DNA from: an uncultured Gemmatimonadales bacterium
GTDB lineage: Bacteria > Gemmatimonadota > Gemmatimonadetes > Gemmatimonadales > GWC2-71-9
DNA length: 64,000 bases
Direction of reading: 5' to 3'
NCBI GenBank assembly: GCA_963842945.1
Contig: CAWJIM010000019.1
Location: 224,001 to 288,000 of the forward strand
Part shown: positions 30,917-42,488 of the stretch, one piece after another
How positions within the stretch are numbered: position 1 is the first letter of the stretch
How the letters are laid out: each line of letters opens with the position of its first letter
Translations under genes and position numbers: made by a program
The notes under the pieces: model-generated
What the model saw: the letters and a program-made list of their open reading frames with translations, nothing else
What the model was told of the DNA's origin: nothing
Database searches by the model: none

Positions 30917-31435
30917 TTACTTTTTCACTGCGACCACGCTCGCTACCGCGCGCCAATGCTCGGAATCCACGGTTTCCAGGGCTTCGCGCCCGTGCAGGAC
31001 CGTTAATGGAGCAACCAAGCGGGCAAGCTCACCGCGCACAGCAGATGCGCGCTCGAGGTCGGGCCCCAGCCCGCCTCACGCTGCGCCTCGAGAAATGTTT
31101 CCATGATGAGCAGGCCGCTGGGCGCGACCAGCTGGAGAATTCGCGGCATGTTGGCCCGGTCAAGATAATTGAATACCAGAACTGCATCAAAAACCCCGAG
31201 CGCCGGCCATTCGCCCTCGAGATCCAGCTCCAGCCATCGCACCGATAACCCGGCTGCGGCGGGCTGGCGTCGCGCCACGGCCAGCGCACCAGGGTCCCGA
31301 TCGATCCCCACCACCTGGCAACCCAGCTCCGTGGCCGCAATACTGTGCCGCCCCTCTCCACAGGCAAGATCAATCACGCGGCTTCCGCGAGAGTATGCGA
31401 TGAGCATGCCAGACAAACCAGGTACTTGGTCGCAT
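30917..31435 (-). CDS. Class I SAM-dependent methyltransferase (TehB-like), two frameshifts
   Basis: VIDLACGEGRH and FDAVLVFNYL. Reconstructed termini are MRPSTWFVWHAHRIL and GELARLV...ASVVAVKK. Confidence 0.8.
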
Positions 31436-31447
31436 TCGCGGCGATCC

Positions 31448-33066
31448 GTGGAGCGCGCCTCGCTGGAGCAGTTGTCGGCTCAACCGGCGGATCTCCTGGT
31501 TATAGGGGGTGGCATTAACGGGGCGGGGATAGCTCGAGACTCGGCGATGCGAGGACTGCGGACCATACTGGTCGAGCAGAACGATCTCGCATCGGGAACC
31601 AGCTCACGCTCGAGCCGCCTGATTCATGGTGGATTGCGCTATCTGGAACAGGGTGAATTCGGGTTGGTGCTGGAGGCAAACCGGGAGCGCCGGATCCTCC
31701 GGCGCATAGCACCGCATCTGGTTTGGCCTCTGCCCTTTGTGTTTCCGGTCCACGAGGGCGACCGGATTTCCCGTTGGCAGCTCGCGGCCGGTATGCTGCT
31801 CTATGATATCCTGGCACTGTTTCGGAATGTGAGGCCGCATCGGTTGCTGGGCAAGCGTGGCATGCTGGAGGCCGAGCCGATGCTGCGCGACCGGGGCTTG
31901 CTGGGCGGCGCCCGCTACTACGATGCCCAGTGCGACGATGCCAGGTTGGTGATCGCCACGGCCCGCTCGGCCATTCACCACGGGGCGCTGGTCGCCAACT
32001 ACATGGCGGTAACCGGACTGGTGCGAACCGCCGGGCGGGTAGTGGGTGCTCAGCTGGAAGATCGGCTGACCGGCGAGCGGCGGGGTCGTCCGAGCGAGTG
32101 TGGTAATCAATGCCACCGGCCCGTGGGCCGATAAGGTGCGCCGGCTGGAAGATGCGGGTGCGGCGCCACTGCTGCAGCCCACCAAAGGCGTTCACGTCGT
32201 GGTGAACCGCTCGCGGCTGGACCACCGGGAAGCCATCGCCTTCACCAGCCCCATCGATGGCCGGGTGATGTTCGTGCTTCCCTGGGGCGATCTGTCCTAC
32301 ATCGGCACCACCGACAGCGACTACGGACGAACCACCAGATCAGCTGAGCGTGAGCGCCGATGACATCGTCTATCTGCTGCGCTCGGCCAACGCCCGTTTT
32401 CCCAGCGCCCGGCTCAGCGTGGAGGACGTGCGCGCCACCTGGGCAGGGTTGCGACCTCTCCTGGCCGACCAGGGCCGCTCGGCGTCAAACCGCTCGCGGG
32501 AGCATGCCCTGGTTCAAGGCTCGGGTGGGATGCTGACTGTGGTGGGCGGCAAGCTCACCACTTACCGCGCCATGGCGGCTGAAGTGGTGGACCTGGCCAT
32601 GCGCGAGCTGCGCCATCGAGATGGCCGGCAGCGTCAGGCGGAGGCCCGCACCGACGAGGACCCGCTGCCCGGAGGAGAGACCGCCGATCTCAGCCAGTTT
32701 CGTGACCGGGGATTGGAGCTGGGCATCGCGCCCGCGAGCGTGGATCATCTGTTGCGCCACTACGGGACGGAGGCTGCCGGCATCTTCAATCTGGCGGGCG
32801 CCGACCGGCGACTGCTCCGGCCGTTGTTGGAGCCGCACCCGGCGATCGAGGCGGAGGTGATTCACGCGGTGCGGCGGGAGCTGGCCCAGACGGTGGAAGA
32901 TGTCTTGGTGCGCCGCTTTCATCTCTACTACGAGCACCCGGATCACGGTGCCTCGGTGGCCCACAGGGTAGCGGAGTTGATGTCGGAAGAGCTGGGCTGG
33001 AGCCCGCCCCGCATCCAGGAGGAAGCGGAGCGGTATCTGGAGTTTGTGATCCGGGAAGGCTGTTAG
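31448..33066 (+). CDS. glpD: FAD-dependent glycerol-3-phosphate dehydrogenase, frameshifted near 32085 and 32325
   Basis: VIGGGING, GTSSRSSRLIHGGLRYLE, VINATGPWAD, WAGLRPL and GGKLTTYR. Confidence 0.92.
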
Positions 33067-33070
33067 CCGA

Positions 33071-34078
33071 CTACTGCACCGTGATCGTTCCTCGCATGCC
33101 TCCAAGCGCCGAGCCGTGCACCTCGCAGAAATACACGTAGGTGCCGGGGGTGTCGAACTTGAACTGGTAGGTCGCAGGGCCGTTCACGCGGGTTGCCGCT
33201 CCGCGTCGGCTGTGAGGCGGCAGGCGCCACATTGTGGTTCTGCGCTGTCGAAGCCCAGGTCCAGACGACGGTTGTTCCTGCGCTGATGGTGAGGGAAGCC
33301 GGAGTGAACTGATTGTTGGTCACGCTCACGTTTGCGTTGGTAGCGGAGGGGGCGGAGGCGGCTGTTCGGTCGCTGTGGCCGAAAAGGTTAGGGGTGATCC
33401 GGTCAGACCCGTTGGCGGTGGCCACGATGCTAATCGGAGCCCGGCCGTGCCGCCCAGCGTTACCGTCGCTGCCGATATGCCCGAGCCGTTCGATGGAACC
33501 GTGGGAGCCGCCACGGTGGCGCCGGTAGCACGACCAACCCACATCCACTCCTGCCACAGCCGTTGCCAAACTCATCGGTCACCTTGGCCTGCACCGGAAG
33601 GGCCAGTGCAGTGTTGATCTGCCCGGTTTGGTTGTTGCCTCCAGCCTCCGCCAAGCTTGTAGCCGGACCCGCGGTTGCGGTGGCGGTAAAAGTGATGGGC
33701 GACCCACTGGCGCCGCTGAGCGTTGCCTGAGCACTCTGCGGCCCGGCCACGGTGCCCAGCGCCCAGGAACTGCTGGCGATGCCGTTCGCATCGGTTGGGG
33801 TGGAAGTCGGGGTCATGCTGCCGGTCGAGGCGGTGGTGGACCAGGTGACGGTTGCACCGGCTGCCGGTGCGCCTCCGTCGGTCACCACCACTTGGAGCGG
33901 AACGCCCAGGGCCTGACCGACCGGACCGGTTTGCCCGTCGCCGCTGTTCGACGCCTTGGCGATGGTGGTGGTGGAAGGGGGAGTTCCCCCATTATCGCCG
34001 TCGCCACCACAGCCAAGCGATGCCAAGCCAGCGCAACAGGCCCAGCAGGGTGATGCATCTTCCGGAGAAAGCCGACAT
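33071..34078 (-). CDS. Secreted lipoprotein with Ig-like (Big_1-type) repeats and C-terminal cupredoxin domain, several frameshifts
   Basis: SLGC lipobox, repeated GDGQTG/GNNQTG...TFTATAT units, FTPASLTISAGTTVVW, HNV and YFCEVHGSALGGMRGTITVQ. Confidence 0.75.
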
Positions 34079-34195
34079 ATCGCCGCCAGTGAATGGATTG
34101 TGCCAAGGATGGATACCTTAGCATATCCCTGGGCGCGGCGGGGGCAAGATCCTTATCTTTCACCTCTGCCATACACCTTCGTCGGGATGTGACCA

Positions 34196-37100
34196 GTGGA
34201 CCCGAACGTTTTCGAGACCGCCAACGCCGGCTTTGCCCAGGCCATCTACGAGGAGTTCCTCCGCGATCCCACCGCGGTGGATCCCGAATGGCGGCGGCTG
34301 TTCGAGAGTGGGGTGGTTGGACAGCGGGACGGCGGGGCAGATGGGCAGCAGGGCGCGGGGCCGTAGGGCAGCCTCAAAGCACACCGTTAGAGTCAAAGCC
34401 AGGCGCCACGGCCACTGCCCAGAGTGCTCCAGCTTCTACTGCCCCGCTGCCTCGCGGCCCCGCTGCCCTGCCTATAAAGGGCCCCGCCGCCAAGCTGGTG
34501 GCGAATATGACCGAGAGTCTCACGGTCCCCACCGCCACCACCTTTCGCGAGCTGCCGGTCGCCAATCTCGAGGCGCAACGGCGCCAGCTGAATGCGGCAC
34601 TCCAGGCAGCGGGACGAAAAGAGAAAATCTCGTTCACCCACCTGATCGCTTACGCCATCGTCCAGGCCACCCGGCAGCAGCCGGTGATGTCGCACACCCT
34701 GGCCATGATCGATGGAGCTCCCCATCGGGTCCAGCCGGAGGGGATTGGACTGGGCCTGGCGGTGGACGTACAGCGAAAGGACGGAAGCCGCGGGTTGGTC
34801 GTGCCCGTCATCAAGCACGCCGAGGCCATGGACTTTGCGGCCTTCCATACGGCGTACGAGGCGCTCGTCGAGAAGGCTCGGACCAACAAGCTGATGCCCG
34901 ACGATTTTGCCGGCGCCACCATGTCGCTCACCAACCCCGGCGGCCTGGGCACCGTGGCCTCGGTTCCCCGGCTGATGACGGGACAGGGCAGCATCATTGC
35001 CGTGGGCGCCATCGGCTATCCCGCGGAATTTTCGTCGGTGGCCGAGGATCGGCTCAGCCGAGCTGGGCATCAGCAAGGTCATGACGGTCACCAGCACTTA
35101 CGACCATCGGATCATCCAGGGCGCGGAGTCGGGTGCATTCCTCGGCATCGTTGACCGCCTGCTCCAGGGCGAAGAGGGATTCTACGACCAGGTGGCCCGG
35201 AGCCTCGGCGTCAGCCGCGGGCGCGCCGGTCGGGGCGCTCAGGCAGTCCTCCCGGAGAGCGGCTTCGACCGAGCCGGTTGCGCCCGAAATGCTCTATCAT
35301 GTGGCCGCCGCCATGGCGCTGGTCAAAGCATTCCGGATGCACGGCCATCTTGCCGCCCATCTCGATCCGCTGGGCTCGGAGCCGCTAGGCGATCCGGCGC
35401 TCGATCCGAAGACGCTGGGGCTCACTCCCGAGATCATGGCGGCCATACCCTCCCGGGTGCTGCGCATTGCCGTGCCCGGCAACACTCTCGCCGAGTCACT
35501 GCCTTATCTCCAGGCTACCTATTGCGGGACCATGGCGTATGAGATCGAGCACATCTCGACTCACGAGGAGCGGGTCTGGCTGCGGGAGAAGATCGAATCC
35601 GGCGCTTATCGAAAGCCGTTGTCGCCCGAGCGACAGCAATTGCTGCTGAAGCGGCTTATCGAAGTCGAGACACTCGAGCGCTTCCTCCATAAGGCCTACC
35701 TGGGACAGAAGCGATTTTCCATCGAGGGCGTGGACATGCTGGTGCCGATGCTCGATCTGACCATCGAGAGCGCGGCCGATTCCGGCGCGCGCGACGTGGT
35801 GATCGGCATGGCCCACCGTGGCCGGCTCAACGTCCTGGCCCACACCATCGGCCGGCCCTACGAGACCATCTTCGCCGAGTTCGAGGGCGGCCGGCAGGTC
35901 GAAGCCGGCCAGCTCACGCCGGAAGGCGGCACCGGCGACGTGAAGTACCATCACGGCGCGGAAGGAGCGTACCTAACCTCCCAGGGCAAGGCGATCACCG
36001 TCAGCCTGTCGCCCAACCCGAGTCACCTCGAATACGTCTCGCCGGTGGTGGATGGGCGGGCGCGGGCCAAACAGACCCAGCGCCGGGGGCGGGAAGCGCA
36101 CCACGATCCTACCGCCGCACTGCCGGTGGCCATTCACGGCGACGCGGCGTTCGCCGGCCAGGGCGTTGTGGCCGAGACCTTGAACCTCGGCGCGCTGAAG
36201 GGATACCGCACCGGTGGCACTCTGCACCTGATCACCAACAACCAGGTGGGGTTCACCACCGACATGGAGGATGCCCGCTCGACCCGGTACGCCTCGGATC
36301 TGGCGAAGGGCTTCGACATACCCATCATCCACGTCAATGCCGACGACGCCGAAGCCTGTCTCTCCGCCGTTCGGCTGGCGATGGCTTATCGGGACCGGTT
36401 CCATCAGGACGTGGTCATCGATCTGGTGGGATACCGCCGCTACGGGCACAACGAAGGGGACGAGCCGGCCTACACTCAGCCGCTGATGTACGAGCGAATC
36501 AAGAGCCTGCCCACCGTGCGGGAACGCTACGCGGGTGAGCTGGTCCAGGCTGGGGTGATCACCAAAGAAGAGTCCGATCGGCAGTCCACCCAGGCCTACC
36601 AGCGGCTGGTCGACATTCAGCAGGCCTTCAAGACCAGCATGGCCCGAGCCCCCAATCAGGAACGAGCTGTTCGGCTGAGCGGGCCGGGCCAGGAGGTGGA
36701 CACGGCGCTTCCAGCGGATTTCCTGGTCGCGCTGAACGACCAGCTGCACAGCTGGCCCGAGGGCTTTCACGTGCATCCCAAGCTGCGGCGACAGCTCGAG
36801 CGCCGGCGCTCTGCGCATGGGCCCCGAAGGCGGCATCGAGTGGGCCCACGCCGAGGCGCTGGCACTGGGGTCGCTTCTGACCGAGGGGGTGCCGGTCCGG
36901 TTCACCGGTCAGGATACCGAGCGCGGCACCTTCAGCCAGCGTCATCTGGTGCTGCACGACGCGGAGCGCGGCACCACCATCACCCCTATCGCCAACCTGC
37001 CCGGCGCCCTGGCCCCCATGGAGCTGCACAACAGCCCCCTCTCGGAGATGGCGACTGTGGGGTTCGAGTATGGATACAGCGTCGCGGCGCCGGAGGCGCT

Positions 37101-37927
37101 GGTGCTGTGGGAGGCGCAGTTCGGCGACTTCGTGAACGCGGCTCAGGTCATCATCGACCAGTTCATCTCGGCTGGATTGGCAAAGTGGGGGCTGACCACC
37201 CGGCTCACCCTTCTTCTGCCGCATGGCTACGAGGGACAGGGCCCGGAGCACTCCAGCGCCAGGATGGCCCGGTTCCTTCACCTCGCTGCGGAGGGAAACA
37301 TCCGGGTGGTCAACTGTACCACTCCTGCCCAGTACTTCCACTTGCTCCGCCGCCAGGCCAAACGCTCCAGACAGCGTCCGCTGATTCTGTTCACGCCCAA
37401 GAGCCTGCTGCGTCACCCCCTGGCGACCTCCAAGCTGGAGGATCTCACCACCGGACACTTCCAGCGCCGTGATCGACGATGCCTCCTTCCGGGCGAACCC
37501 AGAGCGGGCGGAGCGGCTGTTGATGTGCACCGGAAAGGTGTACTACGACCTGCTTCCCGAGGCCGAGAAGCTGGGCGACAAACGGCCGGCGATTATCCGG
37601 CTGGAGCAGTTGTACACCTTCCCCTGGACCGAGCTACGGCAGGTACTTCCTCGCTACAGCAATGCCCGGGAGCTGGTCTGGGTGCAGGAGGAACCCCTGA
37701 ACATGGGTGCCTGGCGCTACCTCGAGGCCAAGCTTCGCGAGCTGGTCTCCGAGGGACCCCCCATGGACATCCGGTACGTGGGAAGGCCCGAACGGGCGAG
37801 CCCGGCGGAAGGGTACCCGGCCGCGCATGCTGCGGAGCAGAGCCGCATCGTCCGGGAGGCATTGGAAGCCCGGGCTCCTCGGCCTTCGCTGGAGACGATG
37901 GCCAAGGCAGGCGAGGGCCAGGGGTGA
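34196..37927 (+). CDS. sucA: Multifunctional 2-oxoglutarate dehydrogenase (E2-like domain fused to E1; Kgd/OdhA type), about 5 frameshifts
   Basis: N-terminal [16 protein letters not shown]2 SLTNPGG and [13 protein letters not shown]1 [35 protein letters not shown] and WVQEEP. Confidence 0.93.
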
Positions 37928-37936
37928 GGGTCTAAA

Positions 37937-38055
37937 GGACGGGAGGGACGGGAAGGGCGGGACGGAATGATGGAAATGGAGAGGGCAGTTAGGGGACACC
38001 CTGCTGCCCTTCAGCTCATCCGCATACCTTCCCGTCTTTCCCGACCTTCCGTCTT
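37937..38055. repeat. Inverted GACGGGARG 9-mer arrays between convergent sucA and HNH genes
   Basis: GGACGGGAGGGACGGGAAGGGCGGGACGG ... CCTTCCCGTCTTTCCCGACCTTCCGTC. Confidence 0.72.
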
Positions 38056-38373
38056 TTACTCCCTTGCCTGAATAGGTCGCTCGGAAGCCTGGCGAATCAA
38101 GGACCGCACGGGCTCCGAGAGATGCTCTCCATAATGAAGGAGGTACACCCCGCGAGAGCGCCGTTGCATCAGAAAGGCGACTAGCGGGGTGTCGGCTTTG
38201 GCTGCGTTGCAGTCCCGGCAAGCGAGCACCAGGTTGTCTGGACGGTCATATGCCGTCTGACCCCTGCGGGGCCGGACGTGGTCCAGGGTAATGGTGTCTT
38301 CGCTGGTTTCGCCGCCGCAATATGCGCATACCGGCCCGTGCTGGGCCAGCAACCAATCGCGGTGCGACTGCAT
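38056..38373 (-). CDS. HNH endonuclease (HNH_5-like)
   Basis: CAYCG, TLDHVRP and NLVLACRDCNAAK. Confidence 0.9.
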   Translation of the reverse strand: MQSHRDWLLAQHGPVCAYCGGETSEDTITLDHVRPRRGQTAYDRPDNLVLACRDCNAAKADTPLVAFLMQRRSRGVYLLHYGEHLSEPVRSLIRQASERPIQARE

Positions 38374-38548
38374 GGAACGACCGGGGGAACGACGGAAACT
38401 AGGGACGGAAACTGCGGAATGTCTTCGAGATCTGCGTGCCACAAAAGACCGAATTAAGGGTTGAGTTGGACCTGCAAGCAGGTCGTCTGATAACATGAGC
38501 TAAACCTAGCAAGAATGACGCCAAATTGACAGCCCGAGGTGGCCTAAC

Positions 38549-39118
38549 CTACGGTCCGGCCGACCTTTTCTCTACTTCGGCCGCCTCGGCCCGGTGCCGG
38601 CCATCCAACAACAGCCCCCAGCGGCGGTCGTAGGGGTGCACCAGGGGGGTGGGCCGATTCTCGTCCTGAACCATGGGTCTTCCCTCGTTAGCCCACTTGA
38701 ACAACCCACCCGACAGGTTGACGACGCTGGTATAGCCCGCCCGATTGAGCCAGCTCATGACCCTCGCTCCGCGGTATCCGGCAGACGAATAGACCACGAT
38801 GGCCTCCGAAGGACGGATCCCCCGAAGCGGCCGAAGGCTCGGCCGATAGGGATCGACCAGCACCGCCCCCCGCAGATGGCTGACCCCAAACTCAGGCTGG
38901 GTACGGGCATCCAGGATCAGGGGCTGAGGCTGGCCGGCGTCGTCCTGCCATCGCCCGAGATCTTGAGTACTGATCCATTTTACCTCGGGGAAACGCGCTG
39001 CAATACGACGTTGAAGGACCTCGAAGGCCACCGGCCGTCCGGCCACGAACAGGACGATCGCTCCCACCAGGATCGGCAGGACGATGATGATAAGGAGGAA
39101 CTTGAGCCAGCCGGGCAT
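38549..39118 (-). CDS. Membrane-anchored rhodanese-like domain protein
   Basis: LDARTQPEFGVSHLRGA, IVVYSSAGYRG (Ser where rhodaneses have the catalytic Cys) and NLSGGLFKW. Confidence 0.85.
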   Translation of the reverse strand: MPGWLKFLLIIIVLPILVGAIVLFVAGRPVAFEVLQRRIAARFPEVKWISTQDLGRWQDDAGQPQPLILDARTQPEFGVSHLRGAVLVDPYRPSLRPLRGIRPSEAIVVYSSAGYRGARVMSWLNRAGYTSVVNLSGGLFKWANEGRPMVQDENRPTPLVHPYDRRWGLLLDGRHRAEAAEVEKRSAGP

Positions 39119-39131
39119 GCGGTTCCTCAGT

Positions 39132-39274
39132 CGGGAAAGGCGGGAAGGACGGGAAGGACGGGAAAGTAAGGAAGGTATGCAGATCGGCGGAACAGGAGTT
39201 AGGCGTGAGACTTGACCGCCCTACAGCCTTCCCCTCATACCTACCCGTCCGTCCCGTCCTTCCCGCCTTTCCCA
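39132..39274. repeat. Inverted GACGGGAAG 9-mer arrays between divergent rhodanese and tkt genes
   Basis: CGGGAAAGGCGGGAAGGACGGGAAGGACGGGAAAG ... CCCGTCCGTCCCGTCCTTCCCGCCTTTCCC. Confidence 0.75.
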
Positions 39275-39381
39275 TCTAATCAATTATCTTCCCAACTCAC
39301 CCGCCCGAGGGTTCCCTCCTGAACGCCGAAACCCAACCCCGAGTCGCCCGCCCGGACGGCTCACTGTCTTCCAGTCGCGAA

Positions 39382-41397
39382 ATGGATACAAGCCCCGAGC
39401 TGGTCTGGCGCAGCATAAACGCCATTCGCGGGCTCTCCATGGATGCCGTCGAGCAGGCGCAATCGGGCCATCCCGGCACGCCGATGGCCCTCGCGCCGGC
39501 CGCCTATCTGCTTTGGAGCCGTTTCCTGCGGCATAATCCGCGAAACCCGGAATGGCCCGACCGCGACCGATTCGTGCTGTCCTGCGGCCACGCGTCGATG
39601 CTGCTCTACTCGGTGCTCCATCTCAGCGGATACGATCTGTCGCTGCAAGACCTGAAGGACTTTCGGCAGTGGGGATCGAAGACGCCCGGTCATCCCGAAC
39701 GGGGCCACACTCCCGGAGTGGAAACCACCACCGGACCATTGGGCCAGGGCTTCGGGAATGCGGTAGGAATGGCCATGGCCGAACGATTCCTGGCCGCGCA
39801 CTTCAACCGGCCAAACCATGCGATTGTCGACCATCGGATCTGGGCCTTTGCCAGCGACGGCGATCTCATGGAAGGGGTCGCCAGTGAGGCCGCCTCACTC
39901 GCGGGACATCTCCGGCTGGGCAAGCTCACGGTGGTGTACGACGACAACCATATCACGATAGACGGCGACACCGCCCTCACCTTTTCCGAGGATGTGCCCC
40001 GGCGGTTCGAGTCTTATGGCTGGCGGGTGCTCAAGGTAGCGGACGGGAATGACCTCTCCGCCATCACCGACGCATACGAAGCGGCCCGGGCCGACTCCGC
40101 CCGGCCAACGTTGATCGCGCTGCGCACCATTATCGCCGATCCCGCGCCAACCAAACGCAACAGCGCCGACGCGCACGGCGCTCCGCTGGGAGCCGACGAG
40201 GTCAGCCGCACCAAGGAGATCCTCGGCTGGCCCCAGGAGCCGAAGTTCCATGTTCCGGACGATGCTCTGGAGCACTGGAGGGCGGCGGTGGGCCGGGGAG
40301 CGGAGCTCGAGGCCGGCTGGCGCAAACGCCTCGCTGCGTACGCCGCAGAATTCCCCGAGTTGGCGCGAGAGCTCGAGCAGTGGCTCTCTGGGTCGCTTCC
40401 GCGGGACTGGGACCGGGGCCTGGCGGAGCTCGAGCCGGGAGAAAAGCCGCTGGCAACCCGCCAGGCGTCGGGACTTGCCCTGCAAGCCCTTGCCGCCGCC
40501 ATACCCAATCTGGTCGGCGGCTCCGCCGACCTCGGCGGCAGCACCGTAACCTCGCTGAAGCAGGGCGGCAGCTTCGGTCCGGCTTCAACCGGCCGCGCCA
40601 TTCACTGGGGCGTGCGGGAGCACGGGATGGGCGCGTGCCTGAACGGCATCGCCGCTCACGGAGGACTCCGGTGCTTCGGCAGCACCTTTCTCGTCTTCTC
40701 TGACTATATGAAGCCCGCCATCCGGCTGGCCGCCATCATGCGATTGCCGGTGATCTACATCGGCACTCACGACTCGATCGGGCTGGGGGAGGACGGGCCT
40801 ACCCATCAGCCGGTGGAACATCTAGCCATGCTGAGGGCCATACCCAACCTGGTCACGTTACGCCCGGCGGATGCCGCGGAGACAGTCGAGGCATGGAAGG
40901 TGGCCATGGAGCGAGGTACTGGGCCAACCGTCCTGGTGCTCACCCGGCAGAAGCTGCCGATTCTGGCTCGAGGCGGAGTGAGCGCCACCGAAGGGACCCG
41001 TCGGGGAGCCTACGTCGTGCGCGACCCCAACGCCGGCGAGCCGGACTCCATCATCATCGGGACCGGCTCCGAGGTCGCGGTGGGTCTCGCGGCCGCCCAG
41101 CTGCTGGACCAGGAGGGAGTCCGCACCCGGGTGGTGTCGATGCCTTCGTGGGAGCTCTTTGCGGCGCAACCCGAGAGCTATCGTGACGCGGTGCTCCCAC
41201 CTTCGGTCCGGATCCGGGTAGCGGTCGAAGCGGGTGGCCCCATGGGGTGGTCCCGCTGGACCACGGACGACGGCACCATGATAGGCATGGAGGGGTTCGG
41301 GGCATCGGCACCGGGGGAGCGACTGTTCGAGGAATTCAAGCTGACGCCCGAGCACGTGGCACAGACCGTCAGGAGGTTAATGCATGCCGCCGGCTAA
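39382..41397 (+). CDS. tkt: Transketolase
   Basis: [30 protein letters not shown] and [16 protein letters not shown]. Confidence 0.97.
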   Translation: MDTSPELVWRSINAIRGLSMDAVEQAQSGHPGTPMALAPAAYLLWSRFLRHNPRNPEWPDRDRFVLSCGHASMLLYSVLHLSGYDLSLQDLKDFRQWGSKTPGHPERGHTPGVETTTGPLGQGFGNAVGMAMAERFLAAHFNRPNHAIVDHRIWAFASDGDLMEGVASEAASLAGHLRLGKLTVVYDDNHITIDGDTALTFSEDVPRRFESYGWRVLKVADGNDLSAITDAYEAARADSARPTLIALRTIIADPAPTKRNSADAHGAPLGADEVSRTKEILGWPQEPKFHVPDDALEHWRAAVGRGAELEAGWRKRLAAYAAEFPELARELEQWLSGSLPRDWDRGLAELEPGEKPLATRQASGLALQALAAAIPNLVGGSADLGGSTVTSLKQGGSFGPASTGRAIHWGVREHGMGACLNGIAAHGGLRCFGSTFLVFSDYMKPAIRLAAIMRLPVIYIGTHDSIGLGEDGPTHQPVEHLAMLRAIPNLVTLRPADAAETVEAWKVAMERGTGPTVLVLTRQKLPILARGGVSATEGTRRGAYVVRDPNAGEPDSIIIGTGSEVAVGLAAAQLLDQEGVRTRVVSMPSWELFAAQPESYRDAVLPPSVRIRVAVEAGGPMGWSRWTTDDGTMIGMEGFGASAPGERLFEEFKLTPEHVAQTVRRLMHAAG

Positions 41398-42488
41398 TCC
41401 GCTCCTCCGGCTCGACCCAGCTGGGGCAGAGCCTCTGGTACGACTACATCACCCGGGATCTCCTGAGCTCGGGAGAACTGGAGCGGCTGATCCGGGACGA
41501 CGGGCTTCGGGGCATGACCTCGAACCCTACCATCTTCGAGAAGGCCATTGCCGGAAGCCACCTGTACGACGAAGACATTCGCCGGATGAGCGAGGCAGGC
41601 CTGAGCGCGGCCGAGATCTTCGAGAAGCTGGCTGTTCGGGATGTGCAAGCGGCCTGCGACGCGTTCCGGCCGCTTTATGGCGAGACCGGTGGGCGGGACG
41701 GTTTCGTCTCCCTCGAGGTCTCTCCCCAGCTGGCGAGTGATACTGAGGCGACCGGGAAGGAGGCTGAGCGACTGTGGCGCGCGGTGTCGCGGCCCAATGC
41801 GATGATCAAGATTCCGGGGACCCAGGCAGGGCTCGCGGCGATCACCAGCTCGATTGCCGCTGGAATCAACGTGAACGTGACCCTGCTGTTCTCGGTCCAG
41901 CGGTACACCGAGGTGATCGAGGCCTACCTTCAGGGACTCGAGCGCCGGATGGAGCGCGGCCTGCCAATCAGCGCGATTTCTTCGGTGGCCAGCTTCTTCG
42001 TCAGCCGGGTTGACGGCAAGGTCGACCCCCTGCTGAGTGAGAACGATCGGGGGTTGCGCGGCAAGATTGCAATCGCCAATGCAGCACGGGCGTATCAGCT
42101 GTTCCGCGACTCGCTCGCCACCGAGCGTTGGGCTCGACTGGAGCGTGCCGGTGCGGTGCCCCAGCGTCCGCTCTGGGCCTCCACCAGCACCAAGGATCCA
42201 GCATATCCCGACGTGTATTACGTCGAGGCGCTGATCGCTCCGGAGACCGTCAACACGGTTCCACCGGAAACGCTGGAGGCCTACCGGGATCACGGCGCGC
42301 CGGCAGTCCGGATTGACGAAGCCATCCAGGCTGCTCCGGGGCAGCTCGCCGCGCTGGCGCAGGCCGGCATCGACCTGGAGGCGGTCACCCGCGAGCTGGA
42401 GCACGAGGGCGTCTCCAAGTTTGCCGCATCCCACGCTTCGGTGCTGAGCGGGATCGAGGCCAAGGCGGGCACGCTGGCCACCCGATGA
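41384..42488 (+). CDS. tal: Transaldolase, frameshifted near 41415
   Basis: [38 protein letters not shown] and [10 protein letters not shown]. Confidence 0.95.

Noticed and set aside
34089..34106. sigma54 promoter for the Ig-cupredoxin gene (minus strand TGGCACAATCCATTC)
   Set aside because: The -24 element is good but the -12 position reads TC, not GC.
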